From Spizellomyces punctatus DAOM BR117 (lineage: Eukaryota), in NCBI GenBank assembly GCA_000182565.2, contig KQ257453.1: 64,000 nt of DNA; one strand, written 5' to 3'. Below are positions 53,359 to 63,632 of the stretch, one piece after another; positions within the stretch are counted from its first letter, which is position 1, and every line of letters begins with the position of its first letter. Under the pieces are notes generated by a model. That model did no database searches. It was not told where the DNA came from and saw nothing but the letters and a program-made list of their open reading frames with translations. Position numbers and translations under genes: made by a program.

Positions 53359-55106
53359 ATGGCAGACAGTATCGCCCTCCGGAAGAGCGTGGACTCTACT
53401 CGCAGCAAAGTTTCACGGCTCACCATTCTCTCCCGCAAAACCGCATGTGCGAATTCCCCTACAAGAAAGAGCCCCTTTCGAATACAGTTCTCCCCTTCCA
53501 CACCCGGCTCCATTGTAGGGTTACCCACCACTATCGTGCCGACCATTGCAGTCGCTGCCGAACCCGTCTATGTAAAAAGGGAAGCCGCATCCTTGGCGCT
53601 TGCTGCGGACCCTAGCTATGCGCAAGCGCTGGTCAGAACCCACTATGTGAGAGAGCTTGTTGACCAAGTACGACTGGCAAAGGGGGAAAGAAGAGACAAA
53701 GTAGAGATTTTTCTGTTGAAGGTGGTTGAAAAGGTAGGGGCGTGGTAGATTATTGCCATTGCATCCATTCTGATTCTGATACACATGCTGCGCATCGTCC
53801 AGGAGCTCGAACGTGCATGTCTGCACGCTATCCATAGAACGGCGCTTTTGGAGCGAGAGCTAACGGATATGAAGGGGAGACTCGCACAATTGGTAGGGAT
53901 GATCTCGAACCTCATGTTTGTTTCATTGTTTTTAATGTACTTGTGCGCAGTCATCACCTTTTAAACACAATGCTCGGGAAATGTACCTCATCCGGCCCTT
54001 TCTTCATGACTATGTTCGAGAAAACAAACAGATGGTCAAAGACTATGGGTTACCAATGATCTACTTGAGGAATGAGGATGGCGAAGGGAATCGGGCTGGG
54101 AAGGATGCTGCATTTGAGGAATACTTTGTAAAGTTGAAAGAGCAGGCCAAGACATTGGTGAGTGGTGTATGAGTACTTGCAGTAGCCAGCCGTCGGACAG
54201 AATTCTGATTTTTTTTTGTTTCCATACATAGGCCCAAACTGGACGGAACAAGTTTCTCAGTGAATCACTCAAGCTCTTGATAAAGGTAAAGCCATCTTAA
54301 GCAGCTTTGAAGTCATGTTCCTCTTTTTGAGCCAGAAAACTTTTTCTCTCGTTAGCTTGAAGCGGAATTTTATCTTTTGGAATGTTTTATCGAACGCTCT
54401 TTTAGCGAGTTGCAATGTTACATGCGACTCATTGAGAGTCTGACTCAGAATCAGTGAGTTCCAATAACATGACTTTTTAACTAATCTTTGACATTTAACG
54501 CCCCCTTTCCATCCGTTTTTCAGAGACGCGGCAGTCCTGCAAGCGGCCCTGTTTCTCCGTCTTCGCAATGCTTGTACGTGGCTAGGCTCTGCTCGGACAT
54601 CTCTGACGGTAAAAACCATTCAATTGCATCCATTCATTGTCATACCAAAAGAGCCAACACTTGTTTTAACAGGAGTTGGCGTCCTCGCTTGTTCCAGATA
54701 TGGAAGACTATCAATGTTCGATATGTCTAAGTGTCATGTACAAGCCCGTCTTTTTGTCTAGCTGCAAGCACCGGTTCTGCCGCGAGTGCTTGCACCAGCA
54801 TGAACGCTTTAGCGCGTTCTGGGCGTACATGTACTGGATTGATGTGCAATGTCCAATGTGTAGAGGAAGTTATGCGCTCCGATCCAAGACACCAGATAAG
54901 GCAATGGACAAGTATGTCAAAAGTGTATGCAACTTTGCTTGAAACGTTTGCTAAGCACGTTGGTCGTTTTCAGTTTTATCAAACTCTACTTTCCGGTTGA
55001 GTACGCGGAAAAGAGGCGTGAAGCGTTCAAGAAGCGCTTGCAACGCAAAATATTGACATTAATGCGAAAGAACTTGTTATGGCGTCCAGAACGATATTGG
55101 GAATGA
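53359..55106 (+). CDS. C3HC4 RING-finger protein resembling SPX-RING E3 ligases, with a degenerate SPX-like region; multi-exon
   Basis: RING domain CSICLSVMYKPVFLSSCKHRFCREC...CPMCR, preceded by LVPDMEDY and followed by MDNFIKLYFPVEYAEKRRE. Confidence 0.75.
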
Positions 55107-55160
55107 GATGGAGAGCTGATATATAGGCGTGTACATATTTAAACGTATTCTTTTTTTTTC

Positions 55161-55197
55161 ATATATATATATATGTGTGTGTGTGTATGTGTATACA
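55161..55197. repeat. (AT)n(GT)n dinucleotide microsatellite
   Basis: atatatatatatatgtgtgtgtgtgtatgtgtataca, preceded by a T-run. Confidence 0.85.
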
Positions 55198-55463
55198 TAA
55201 CATTGATATGTAGATATTGTTAGTGTTTTGTTTCGAGTTGGGTACGGGAACTCGTTTGGATAGACAAGAGAATGTTTACCATGAGGAGACAAGTCATAAG
55301 AGTTCCAAAGCCAAGTTCTCGCAGCACGTTGTTCACGTCACAGATCCAATCGTGTCCATTATGACTGCAAGGTCCCTTTTTGCAAGGGGACAATTGTGTG
55401 TCGACAAGAGGAATTTGACACACAAAAAGCTGTGGCCTGATGACACCACACCTTGTAGCAAGA

Positions 55464-55502
55464 CAAGCAAAGCAAGCAGCAAGCAAGCAGCAAGCAAGCA
55501 AG
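55464..55502. repeat. Imperfect (CAAG)n tetranucleotide repeat upstream of the SET gene
   Basis: caagcaaagcaagcagcaagcaagcagcaagcaagcaag. Confidence 0.8.
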
Positions 55503-55786
55503 TGTGCAAACATTGTGTATTGCCAAATAACAAACAATACAAGAATCCATTCCCAAAACAACTTAAAACACTATATATCACGTGGATACCTATTAATTGG
55601 CCGCTCGATTGGAACGGAGCAAGTTTAAGGTTGTGCCACTTTACCGCTTTCTTTGAACGCCCCATCGTTTTATAAAAGTTGTTTAATGTGGTTTTTTCTT
55701 TATAAAAAGGACTTCTACTCCCCCCCCCCTCGCCTTTTAACGAACCCACAAGCGTTCAACTTGCAAAACAAAAAACGTACGCAAAC

Positions 55787-56575
55787 ATGGGCAAGGCTTT
55801 CAACACTCCCATCCCGCAGAAACCGTCGTCCTCAGTCTTTTCCATCTCAAAGCTCGCCTATGTGGCATGTTTCCTGGGTGGTCTTCTTCTTGGATGTCAA
55901 CAATACAACAAGTTTACGCAACAACAGCAAGAATCCTTGCAAGAAGTAGTAAAACCTGTTGCGCAGGTGGACGCTTGGGACACTCGGCGGTACTACCCAG
56001 AAGACTTTGAAAAGCACTTTGGGCTGCGCTTGATCCATCAGCTCGAGGTACCAGACTCCCTCAAAAAGTACGTGGATGCCCACGATATCCGCAAGGACCC
56101 TACCTACTCTCAGAATATTGAACTCAGCGAAGCGTACGCTCGCGTCTATGGTCCTTTCCTCGACCACGTTCACGACGATGATCGTAGGATTTACGTGAAA
56201 TGGGCCGGTCCAGAGAAGCACTTTGGTGTCTTTGCCGACACTTACCTTCCTCCCAACGCCTTTATTGCAGAATACTCTGGGATCTTGACGAATTCCTCGT
56301 TTTCCACTGATTACGAATGGGATTACTACAGTCACGATATCGTGGACGACAATGGAAACGTCCTCAAATTGGGTGTCGATTCCCAACTGGTTGGCAACAT
56401 TGCCCGGTTCGTGAATCACGACGATGATCCAAACTGTGGCATCGTCTACGTGCCTTGGAGGAACAGGTGGAGGTTGGTGTACGTTGCCAACAAGGCCATT
56501 TTCCCTGGCGAAGAGTTGAGTATTTCCTATGGACCTAATTACTGGGAGTCGCGCTCGGAGGTAGTCAAGGTTTAG
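55787..56575 (+). CDS. SET-domain methyltransferase with an N-terminal hydrophobic anchor, intronless, 262 aa
   Basis: SET motifs HFGVFA, FIAEYSGIL, GNIARFVNHDDDPN and GEELSISYGPNYW. Hydrophobic stretch LAYVACFLGGLLLGC at about residues 23-37. No Cys-rich pre- or post-SET region. Confidence 0.9.
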   Translation: MGKAFNTPIPQKPSSSVFSISKLAYVACFLGGLLLGCQQYNKFTQQQQESLQEVVKPVAQVDAWDTRRYYPEDFEKHFGLRLIHQLEVPDSLKKYVDAHDIRKDPTYSQNIELSEAYARVYGPFLDHVHDDDRRIYVKWAGPEKHFGVFADTYLPPNAFIAEYSGILTNSSFSTDYEWDYYSHDIVDDNGNVLKLGVDSQLVGNIARFVNHDDDPNCGIVYVPWRNRWRLVYVANKAIFPGEELSISYGPNYWESRSEVVKV

Positions 56576-57237
56576 ATGATGGGCTTTTTTTTTTGTAGAG
56601 AAAATATGGGGACATTAACAAGAGAGACTGTATAGGTAGTTTATGTTTTTTAGCTACATCCTCTCTGTGTGTATTGTACATTTGCTCGTATATTGTATAG
56701 GATCCTGCACATAGGAGAAACTTTTTGTTTACGCAATTTGATGGCCATTGTCGCCAAGATTTCAAACAGTGCAATTGAATTTTGAGCTTGCAATGTTCAT
56801 GTCCCCAGTTGGTGCTCAACCCGAAAGAGCGGCTTTTGTCAAAAAAGTTGTCTTGATAGATCGCAAGCTGAAAATCATTTTGCTGGATTTTGGTGACTTT
56901 AGAGCTCATCTTTTGCAAATGATGTCGACCATCTCTTGGTTGCAAGTTATGACCTTGTCAGTTACATGTCACTATAATCATTCATGTGAAAGTATTTACG
57001 CTCTCTTGCATATGCCCTAGTTTTCTAAACACGCACTGGCAGGGCTTACTTTCGCGTCTGCCCACTCATTGATCTCGATCATTAGGCCCTGCCCGTTCAA
57101 TGTCGTTCTCGATATGTCGTTCTCGCAAAACATTTAAAAAGATTGACAATTTCCCCTTGGTCCCTCTCTTCATCCTTTGCACGTAAATTCACACCAGTAC
57201 AATAATCTTCCCTTCTACGCTGATCATCCCATCCAAC

Positions 57238-57708
57238 ATGCAAATCACCAGTTTCCTTGCATTGGCCATCTCTCTGGCTGCTCTAGGAGTCGTAAAAGCG
57301 GTTCCAGCTCCCCAAGGCGACAACATCATTTCACAAATTGCCTCGGCGATTGCCACCCTCGAAGCTGGATTCACGGCCACCACCACCACCGTTGCAGCAA
57401 CGACCGTCGCAACGACTCTGGCCGATGTTGGCACGAAAACTGTTTCTCCAGCAACCATCGCACCCGTCCTTCCTTCTCCAAGTGGTGCCCCCGTTCTCCC
57501 TCCCATCTGCCGTCGAGCCGGATGCAACGGTGAACTATGCGTTACCAACTCTCGTGATGCCGTCTTGACGCCCTGCGTTTGGCGGCCGGAATTTGCATGC
57601 TATGCCACCGCACAGTGCGGTTACAATGCGACGAGGAGGGCATGCGCGTGGAGGCAAACCAAGTCCCTCAAGGAATGTCTGTCAAATGGTACTACGGCTA
57701 CACTGTGA
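57238..57708 (+). CDS. Secreted protein: signal peptide, Thr/Pro-rich stalk and a C-terminal eight-cysteine domain; intronless, 156 aa
   Basis: MQITSFLALAISLAALGVVKA signal; CRRAGCNGELC...PCVWRPEFACYATAQC...ACAWRQTKSLKECL contains 8 Cys. Confidence 0.85.
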   Translation: MQITSFLALAISLAALGVVKAVPAPQGDNIISQIASAIATLEAGFTATTTTVAATTVATTLADVGTKTVSPATIAPVLPSPSGAPVLPPICRRAGCNGELCVTNSRDAVLTPCVWRPEFACYATAQCGYNATRRACAWRQTKSLKECLSNGTTATL

Positions 57709-57995
57709 GCTTCCCGACTAGGATCGTGAATAATGTACAGCTATATGTAAAATGTCAGTGTTCATAATAATATATGAGTTAACAGTTTTTTACAGTAATA
57801 ACTCTGCTTGTGAACCCGGGTTCGATTTGGACTTGTTAAAAAAAAAGTGATTAACTGGGTAATCATCACATTCACAAGGTGCAACTTTATTATTTATTGA
57901 AGGTATAATAAGAAATAAGACAAATAGAGTACGGAGAAATCCGCGCTAAACCAAAACGACGACATAACTAGAAGAGGTATCAGAAAGTCTAGATT

Positions 57996-59168
57996 TTAGA
58001 TCATTAGGATGGCAGCCATTGCCGCGAAAGCTACGCTCATGCCAAGCACTTGTTTGCCATTGCGCATGGCCGAATTGGACAAGAGCGCCGCATCACTTGT
58101 GTATGCGGAATCCACCGTGATTTCAGGATCCCAAGCGACCTTGCTGGCGTGCACATGGCTGTCATCCAAAGAGGTGACCTTGAAAACGATCAACTTGGCC
58201 GTCTCCATACCACCAGTTGGGTCCCCACCATGTCCATCGGAATCTTCGGGAGCTCTTGCAAACGAATCATTAGAAAGAGCCATGGTGAGTGGGGCAGCGA
58301 CGACTGATCCAGGGAAGCGAGAATTGTTTTTGAACACATCCAGAGTAGAGTTCCAAGAGAACGCTCCTGTAGCACCAAGAGAGATTTGATCACCATCTTG
58401 CTGGCACTCTGATTTGGAGTAAATGACCTTGATGATGGCCAGCGTGGAATTTTGGTAAATGTACGGAAAGTTTTCAACTTCCAATCCGTATTTGACTTGG
58501 TTGGGACGCATTTGGGATTTTGTTCCAGGGACTGTCAAGTTATTGGCGGCAATAAATGTCGAAAGTGTCACCAATGCGCCGGAAGGATCCGAGTAAGTCG
58601 TGCTAATCTCATTGAGGGTCGCATTCTGACCGCTGGGTAGCGACACACTCTTCGTGCTACGTTCAAGAGGACTCCAGTGTTGCCCAGCGAGGTCAATAGC
58701 GGATTGACTGTGGCGCCAGGTGATAGTGTCATTGACTTCCACCACCCGAAGCAGCCCAACCATAAAGGTATATTTGAACTGTGAATCGCCTGATGAAATG
58801 CTGTGAGCACATGTCTCAATGAGCAAAAGACCATCATTAAGAAAAGACTTCTTACCATCAGTATCCTTGTCAAACATAAATGTACGGATGCGCGGGAACC
58901 CAGAGGTGGACATTGAGTACGAAAACGATTTGGTATTAGCAAGGTTGGACCGTACACTAAACTTTTTGGGAGTTTCCGTAAAGGTCAACGACCGTTTCGG
59001 ATGCTTGTCATCCTCCTTGTCATCAGAATACTGTGTCCCGTTATGATATTGCGTCCCGTTGTTATTGGCGAGCTCAGTATTGTTGAATTGGTTCATAGGA
59101 TTGGCGGGTCTTGCCAGAGCAGACCCCAAAAGAAGAGACAGGAGAGCTATGCGGCTGATGGCTACCAT
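57996..59168 (-). CDS. Secreted, probably GPI-anchored, beta-rich glycoprotein; probable in-frame intron at 58790-58855
   Basis: Signal peptide MVAISRIALLSLLLGSALA, many NxT/S sequons, and a small-residue omega-like region (SNSA) before a terminal hydrophobic tail VLGMSVAFAAMAAILMI. Confidence 0.8.
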   Translation of the reverse strand: MVAISRIALLSLLLGSALARPANPMNQFNNTELANNNGTQYHNGTQYSDDKEDDKHPKRSLTFTETPKKFSVRSNLANTKSFSYSMSTSGFPRIRTFMFDKDTDGKKSFLNDGLLLIETCAHSISSGDSQFKYTFMVGLLRVVEVNDTITWRHSQSAIDLAGQHWSPLERSTKSVSLPSGQNATLNEISTTYSDPSGALVTLSTFIAANNLTVPGTKSQMRPNQVKYGLEVENFPYIYQNSTLAIIKVIYSKSECQQDGDQISLGATGAFSWNSTLDVFKNNSRFPGSVVAAPLTMALSNDSFARAPEDSDGHGGDPTGGMETAKLIVFKVTSLDDSHVHASKVAWDPEITVDSAYTSDAALLSNSAMRNGKQVLGMSVAFAAMAAILMI

Positions 59169-59877
59169 GTTGCTGTTGCGTACGAGGTATCAAGACAAAA
59201 TGTGGAATGAGAATGAGAGTTGTGTGTTTGATATGGTGGGATATGTCACAAGTGCTAGCCATTTTATAAACCGCAAAAGACATCAATGAAGATTTCCAAA
59301 TAAAATCTTGGTTTCTCGGCGCCAAGTTGAAAGGAAGGATATTTGGCAAAAAGAGACTTGCGTCTTGGCCAACAAACACAGACAGCTCTCGTTATGAAAG
59401 ATATTCGAGACTCCTTTTTATTTGATAAAAGATTCCAAAATAGCGACCAAACATGTACTTGAGGGTACGAACTCTGCTGGGGGAGCCAAGAATAAACAAA
59501 AAAAAATCGGGCACTCAACCATGGACAAGAAAGTAAACAAAAACCTCCGCTCGGCTTACGAGATACATTCACGTGACCGTGGCTGAGTCAGAATGGGGTT
59601 GAAATCAAGTTGAACGCCGTTTCGCTTCCTTTTCCTTCGACCGGCGTGCCAGAAAACCCATTTTGCTTTTGGGGTTGGAAAAGAAATCCCGCACGGATCC
59701 CGCGCACATTCTTGTTTGTATTGGATGCAACGTAGACGATATCATCTGTCATCATTTGGACACCCGAGTATCTGAGCCGAGAGTGACAGCGATCATCCGT
59801 CTTTCAAGACCCGCAACACGAACAATTGTGACGTTCAAAGTCGACTGGAACAAGTTACACGCACCGTGGATTGAACA

Positions 59878-60543
59878 ATGGCATCACAACCGCTATCCAA
59901 ACGGACCGCACCTTTGGAGCTCCGTCACCTGTCCGCCACTAAACTCTTGGATCCTTCTGACCTGCGCATCTCGACCGACTTGGGAAATGAAGGCGATATG
60001 AGCGAGGAGAACATCCCCAATTACGACGGCGATTGGAATAATGAGCCTACTTCTGCAGAATACAAAAGGGAACGAGCTAATGGGCGGCCGCGCAGCTATC
60101 ACAGTCCCATAAAACAGGATGACGCAGAAAATGAAGAAGGGGAAAACGTTCATCCGGAGACGATCGGAGAGCAAGAAAATGGCTCGACGGATGAGATCTC
60201 AGTCAACCAGTCGGTGCAAACCGCCGCAGCACGAGCTGCTGAACATTCTTCCCCAAAACTATCGTCTTCACCACCACCAAAATATCCTCCTGCTGAACCG
60301 CCAAATCCATATCGACCGCAAGTTGGCCCGGCAGTCTACAAGCAGCTGCAACTGGATGATGAACATGAAGATCACGATATAGTAATTCACCAAGAGTCTG
60401 ACCTGGATATACATTCCCCAGGGGTAGACGAGCTGCATAGTTGGGGCAGACGAGGCGGACGAGACGCCCAGGAGGGCTGGCTCTATAGAAAATGGAAAGG
60501 AGTCCTAGAAATGATGTGCATGGCCGTCCCATGCGCACCATAA
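59878..60543 (+). CDS. Hypothetical acidic, Pro-rich disordered protein, 221 aa, intronless
   Basis: Single ATG-initiated ORF flanked by intergenic-looking sequence. Ends WLYRKWKGVLEMMCMAVPCAP (a possible palmitoylation or amphipathic tail). No family recognised. Confidence 0.65.
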   Translation: MASQPLSKRTAPLELRHLSATKLLDPSDLRISTDLGNEGDMSEENIPNYDGDWNNEPTSAEYKRERANGRPRSYHSPIKQDDAENEEGENVHPETIGEQENGSTDEISVNQSVQTAAARAAEHSSPKLSSSPPPKYPPAEPPNPYRPQVGPAVYKQLQLDDEHEDHDIVIHQESDLDIHSPGVDELHSWGRRGGRDAQEGWLYRKWKGVLEMMCMAVPCAP

Positions 60544-60815
60544 TTATGTCTTGTGTTCTGGATATGGTTGCAAGGCCATTTTGTACCCTAGTTGTGATTT
60601 GTAAATATATGATCAAGAAATCATTTGATATCTAATTGCTGACTTTGAACCCTAAGGGTCTGCTTACGTAAGTGGACCTTGCTGATTGTCCGCCCTTCAA
60701 GCGCTTTTGACGATCGTTTGCGGGGAATTCTTTGACGGAGGTTTTGTGAGTCATTTGAGCTTAAAATACGCCGATTCCGACTAGATCTTGTTTGATATGT
60801 TTGTCCAAAGTCATC

Positions 60816-63486
60816 ATGATAACTTCGGTCTCCCGAGACTCCCCATTCATTCATCCCGAATCTTACCTGTTAAAACACTACTCAAGGCCACCACCAGAGG
60901 TCATCAGAGAACAGATATACAAGGATCAGCATGCAAAAGAGGCACATGACGCTGGAAAAAAGTGGGCAACCTTTGCCCGAAATACCCGCTCAGCAGGGAG
61001 TGTGCCGTCTTGGTTGAAGCATCCACACAAAACTCACAAGCACGAACCTGACGAAGAAGATGCAGGAACTCATGTCACCAAACAGAAACGATTACAAAGT
61101 TGGAGTGCACATCCGGACGATGACAGTGTTATTGTGGATGCAGCCAAACTCTTCCATGTCACATCTCGATTTCTACAAAAGTATGAACCGACTAATGAAG
61201 AAACGAGGCCTGATGACTTGGATGAATTTAGCCAGACAGATGGGATCAACCTGTATGCCGGATGGGATAAAGACGATCCGGATGAGGTGGAGGATAGCAA
61301 AGTTGGTGCGTCAAAGCCCACATCAGCCCACTCTACAAAAGCAACGGGACAGCTGGTGAGAACCGAAAGTGGAAAGGAAGACCGAACAGACCAAGCTATC
61401 AGATTTGAGCCTCCACTCGCTGACCCTGACGCAGCACACGAAGCGTTCATGCGCTGCGTGAAATCATGTATCATACGAGGAAAAGATGCAGAAAGTGTGC
61501 GCAAGACACCAACCTCTTCTCGGCCGGTATCCGGAACACACCTCTCACGGCGCTCAAGCGTGTCCGAAAAGCTGGTTCGGAGCCGCACTATATCTGCATC
61601 AGCACCATCGATTTCAAGAACAGATCGAATCTCGGCGTTGGCGAGACCAAAATCAAGACTTGGCACTGGGGACATGTCAGTAGGTGCGATTGATTCCTCC
61701 GGTCGTGGGAGACAAGGACCAAAACCCACCAGCGCATCATCACCCTCACGTCCATTGTCAACAGCCACAACCACCCGATCGCCGTCCTCGCTTTCTGCAA
61801 GGAAACGATCTCCTACATTAACTCCCGAACAAGCAGAAATGGTCCACCGGTACACGTTAGCTTCCAAAGATAAAATAAACCCTCGACCTGCTACCTTGGC
61901 GGATTGGCACCGTGAGCAGGTAATGCCGTAATTTTTCAATATGCAAAGCCAAGTTAGTTTGATGCCAAGTTATATTTTGATTATAGGCAGCCAAGGGCGT
62001 GATATGGGATCCCTCAGCCTTCTCAGTTCAGCGCTTCATCCGAGATTTTATCAACATACAAAAAGCATCGGCAGAAGCCTTGCGCATGCGTAAGAATATA
62101 CTCCAACCATCCGCAGCTTCCGCGAGACCATCTGTACATGTTGATCCTAACCACCGAAGAACGGCGTTACCAACGACATTTGACTCACGCCGTAGTGGCT
62201 TCAATAATCATGATCGGTCGGAACACCAAGCAGCTGTGTCCATTCTTCGAAAGTCCAGGTTCGAACGAACCGGAGACGACATCAAGCAATTATACAGATA
62301 TATGCGGAGAATCAAAGCGTTCGCAAAGCTAAGCGACTTTATTTTGAATCAATTATGTGCTGTCGTACATTTCCAAGCGTTTGCCAAGGACAGAGCTGTC
62401 TTTAGACAAGGTGCGTGATCTGCGTGAGGAAAGTTCAGCTGGTTTAGCTCTCATTGGGCTTCATGTCGCTTTTGAACATACAGGTGAAATCGGAACGGCA
62501 TGGTACATTATTCTAACTGGTAGTGTCGTGGTTCAAGTCTCTAGCACGTCCCGGATAGAGGATAGTGTGCCGGTGACCCGTTTATATGCAGGGTGAGTCT
62601 GGAGTGATAGGACCAGTTGCCTAGTCTAGTAGTTAACATCTACACACAAACCAGTGAAGGTTTTGGCGACGTGGCGTTAACAAATGACAGGCCCAGGGGT
62701 GCGACGATCATTACAGCAGAACCCTGCGAACTGATATATATTGAAAAAGAAGATTACAAAGCCTTTTCGTTCATACACGAGAAAGAAATCAAGGAGAAGA
62801 TGATGTTTTTGCGTAAAGTTTCGTTATTCCGAGATTGGGCTGCTCCATCATTGAGATCTGTTGCGCAAATCATGAACTGGAGGAAACATTTGCCTGGATC
62901 CGTTATTTTACAAGAAGGTAAATGTCATGCATACAATCCTGTTTAAACCTTGTCCTCTTCTTTCAGTTTCCAACTGACACCATTTTACGGTTCAGGTGCT
63001 CCAGTGGATGAGTTTTTTATTATTCGCACCGGCAGCTGCACAGTCCATCGAAACCTTCCCGCCACCGACCTGGCTTCGTCTCACCCTCGTCCGCTTACGG
63101 TTCAGGTCGGAATTGTGCCGACATTATCCTACTTTGGGTCAGAGGGTGTCACACAAGACCTCTCCTCCCAGACGCCCGCCATTTCCCGCTACACTATCCG
63201 TGCCTCCCATGAGGGCATCGTGGAAACTGCTGTGATGACTATCTACGATGCACGAACAAACTTTCGGAGTGCGGTCGAAGATGTTCAATTCCCCGGTCAC
63301 AATGACGACAGCGAACTGATAAGGTTGTACGAAGAGAAGATTGCAAAGAAGAAATGGGACAAGATGAGGAAGGGGATCGTGCGAGGTTTGATCAAAGAGT
63401 GGAGTGGGGACCCCACCGCCAGTAACGATTATTCAATCTTGAAGAATGAGCCAGGAGAGAAACGGGGAAAGACCTGGAGAGTCTAA
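60816..63486 (+). CDS. Cyclic nucleotide-binding domain protein (CNBD1/CNBD2-like), multi-exon
   Basis: Disordered N-terminus, then ILRKSRFERTGDDI, VFRQGEIGTAWYIILTGSV, FGDVALTNDRPRGATIITAEPCEL and a second cNMP domain ILQEG/APVDEFFIIRTGSC. Confidence 0.82.
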
Positions 63487-63632
63487 AGATTTGCCTCTGG
63501 CGGTTCTTGGGGTTGAAGGTTGAACATAGAGAGCAGTGATAGTTGTATATACGGATGCATGTCGAAATACATAGGTTATGCCATGTGTATTAGGAGCTTC
63601 TAAGCATGTGATGTACATCGCAGCTTGTGATT

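Noticed and set aside
55217-55749. Overlapping ORFs with LLAC/KQAS repeats
   Set aside because: They arise from the CAAG tetranucleotide repeat in AT-rich intergenic DNA.
58790-58855. 22-aa segment KKSFLNDGLLLIETCAHSISSG inside the 390-aa ORF
   Set aside because: Probably a 66-nt stop-free GTAAGA..CAG intron rather than coding sequence.
61070-61939. 289-aa antisense ORF over the CNBD gene
   Set aside because: Antisense shadow of a Ser/Thr/Pro-rich exon, with no motifs.
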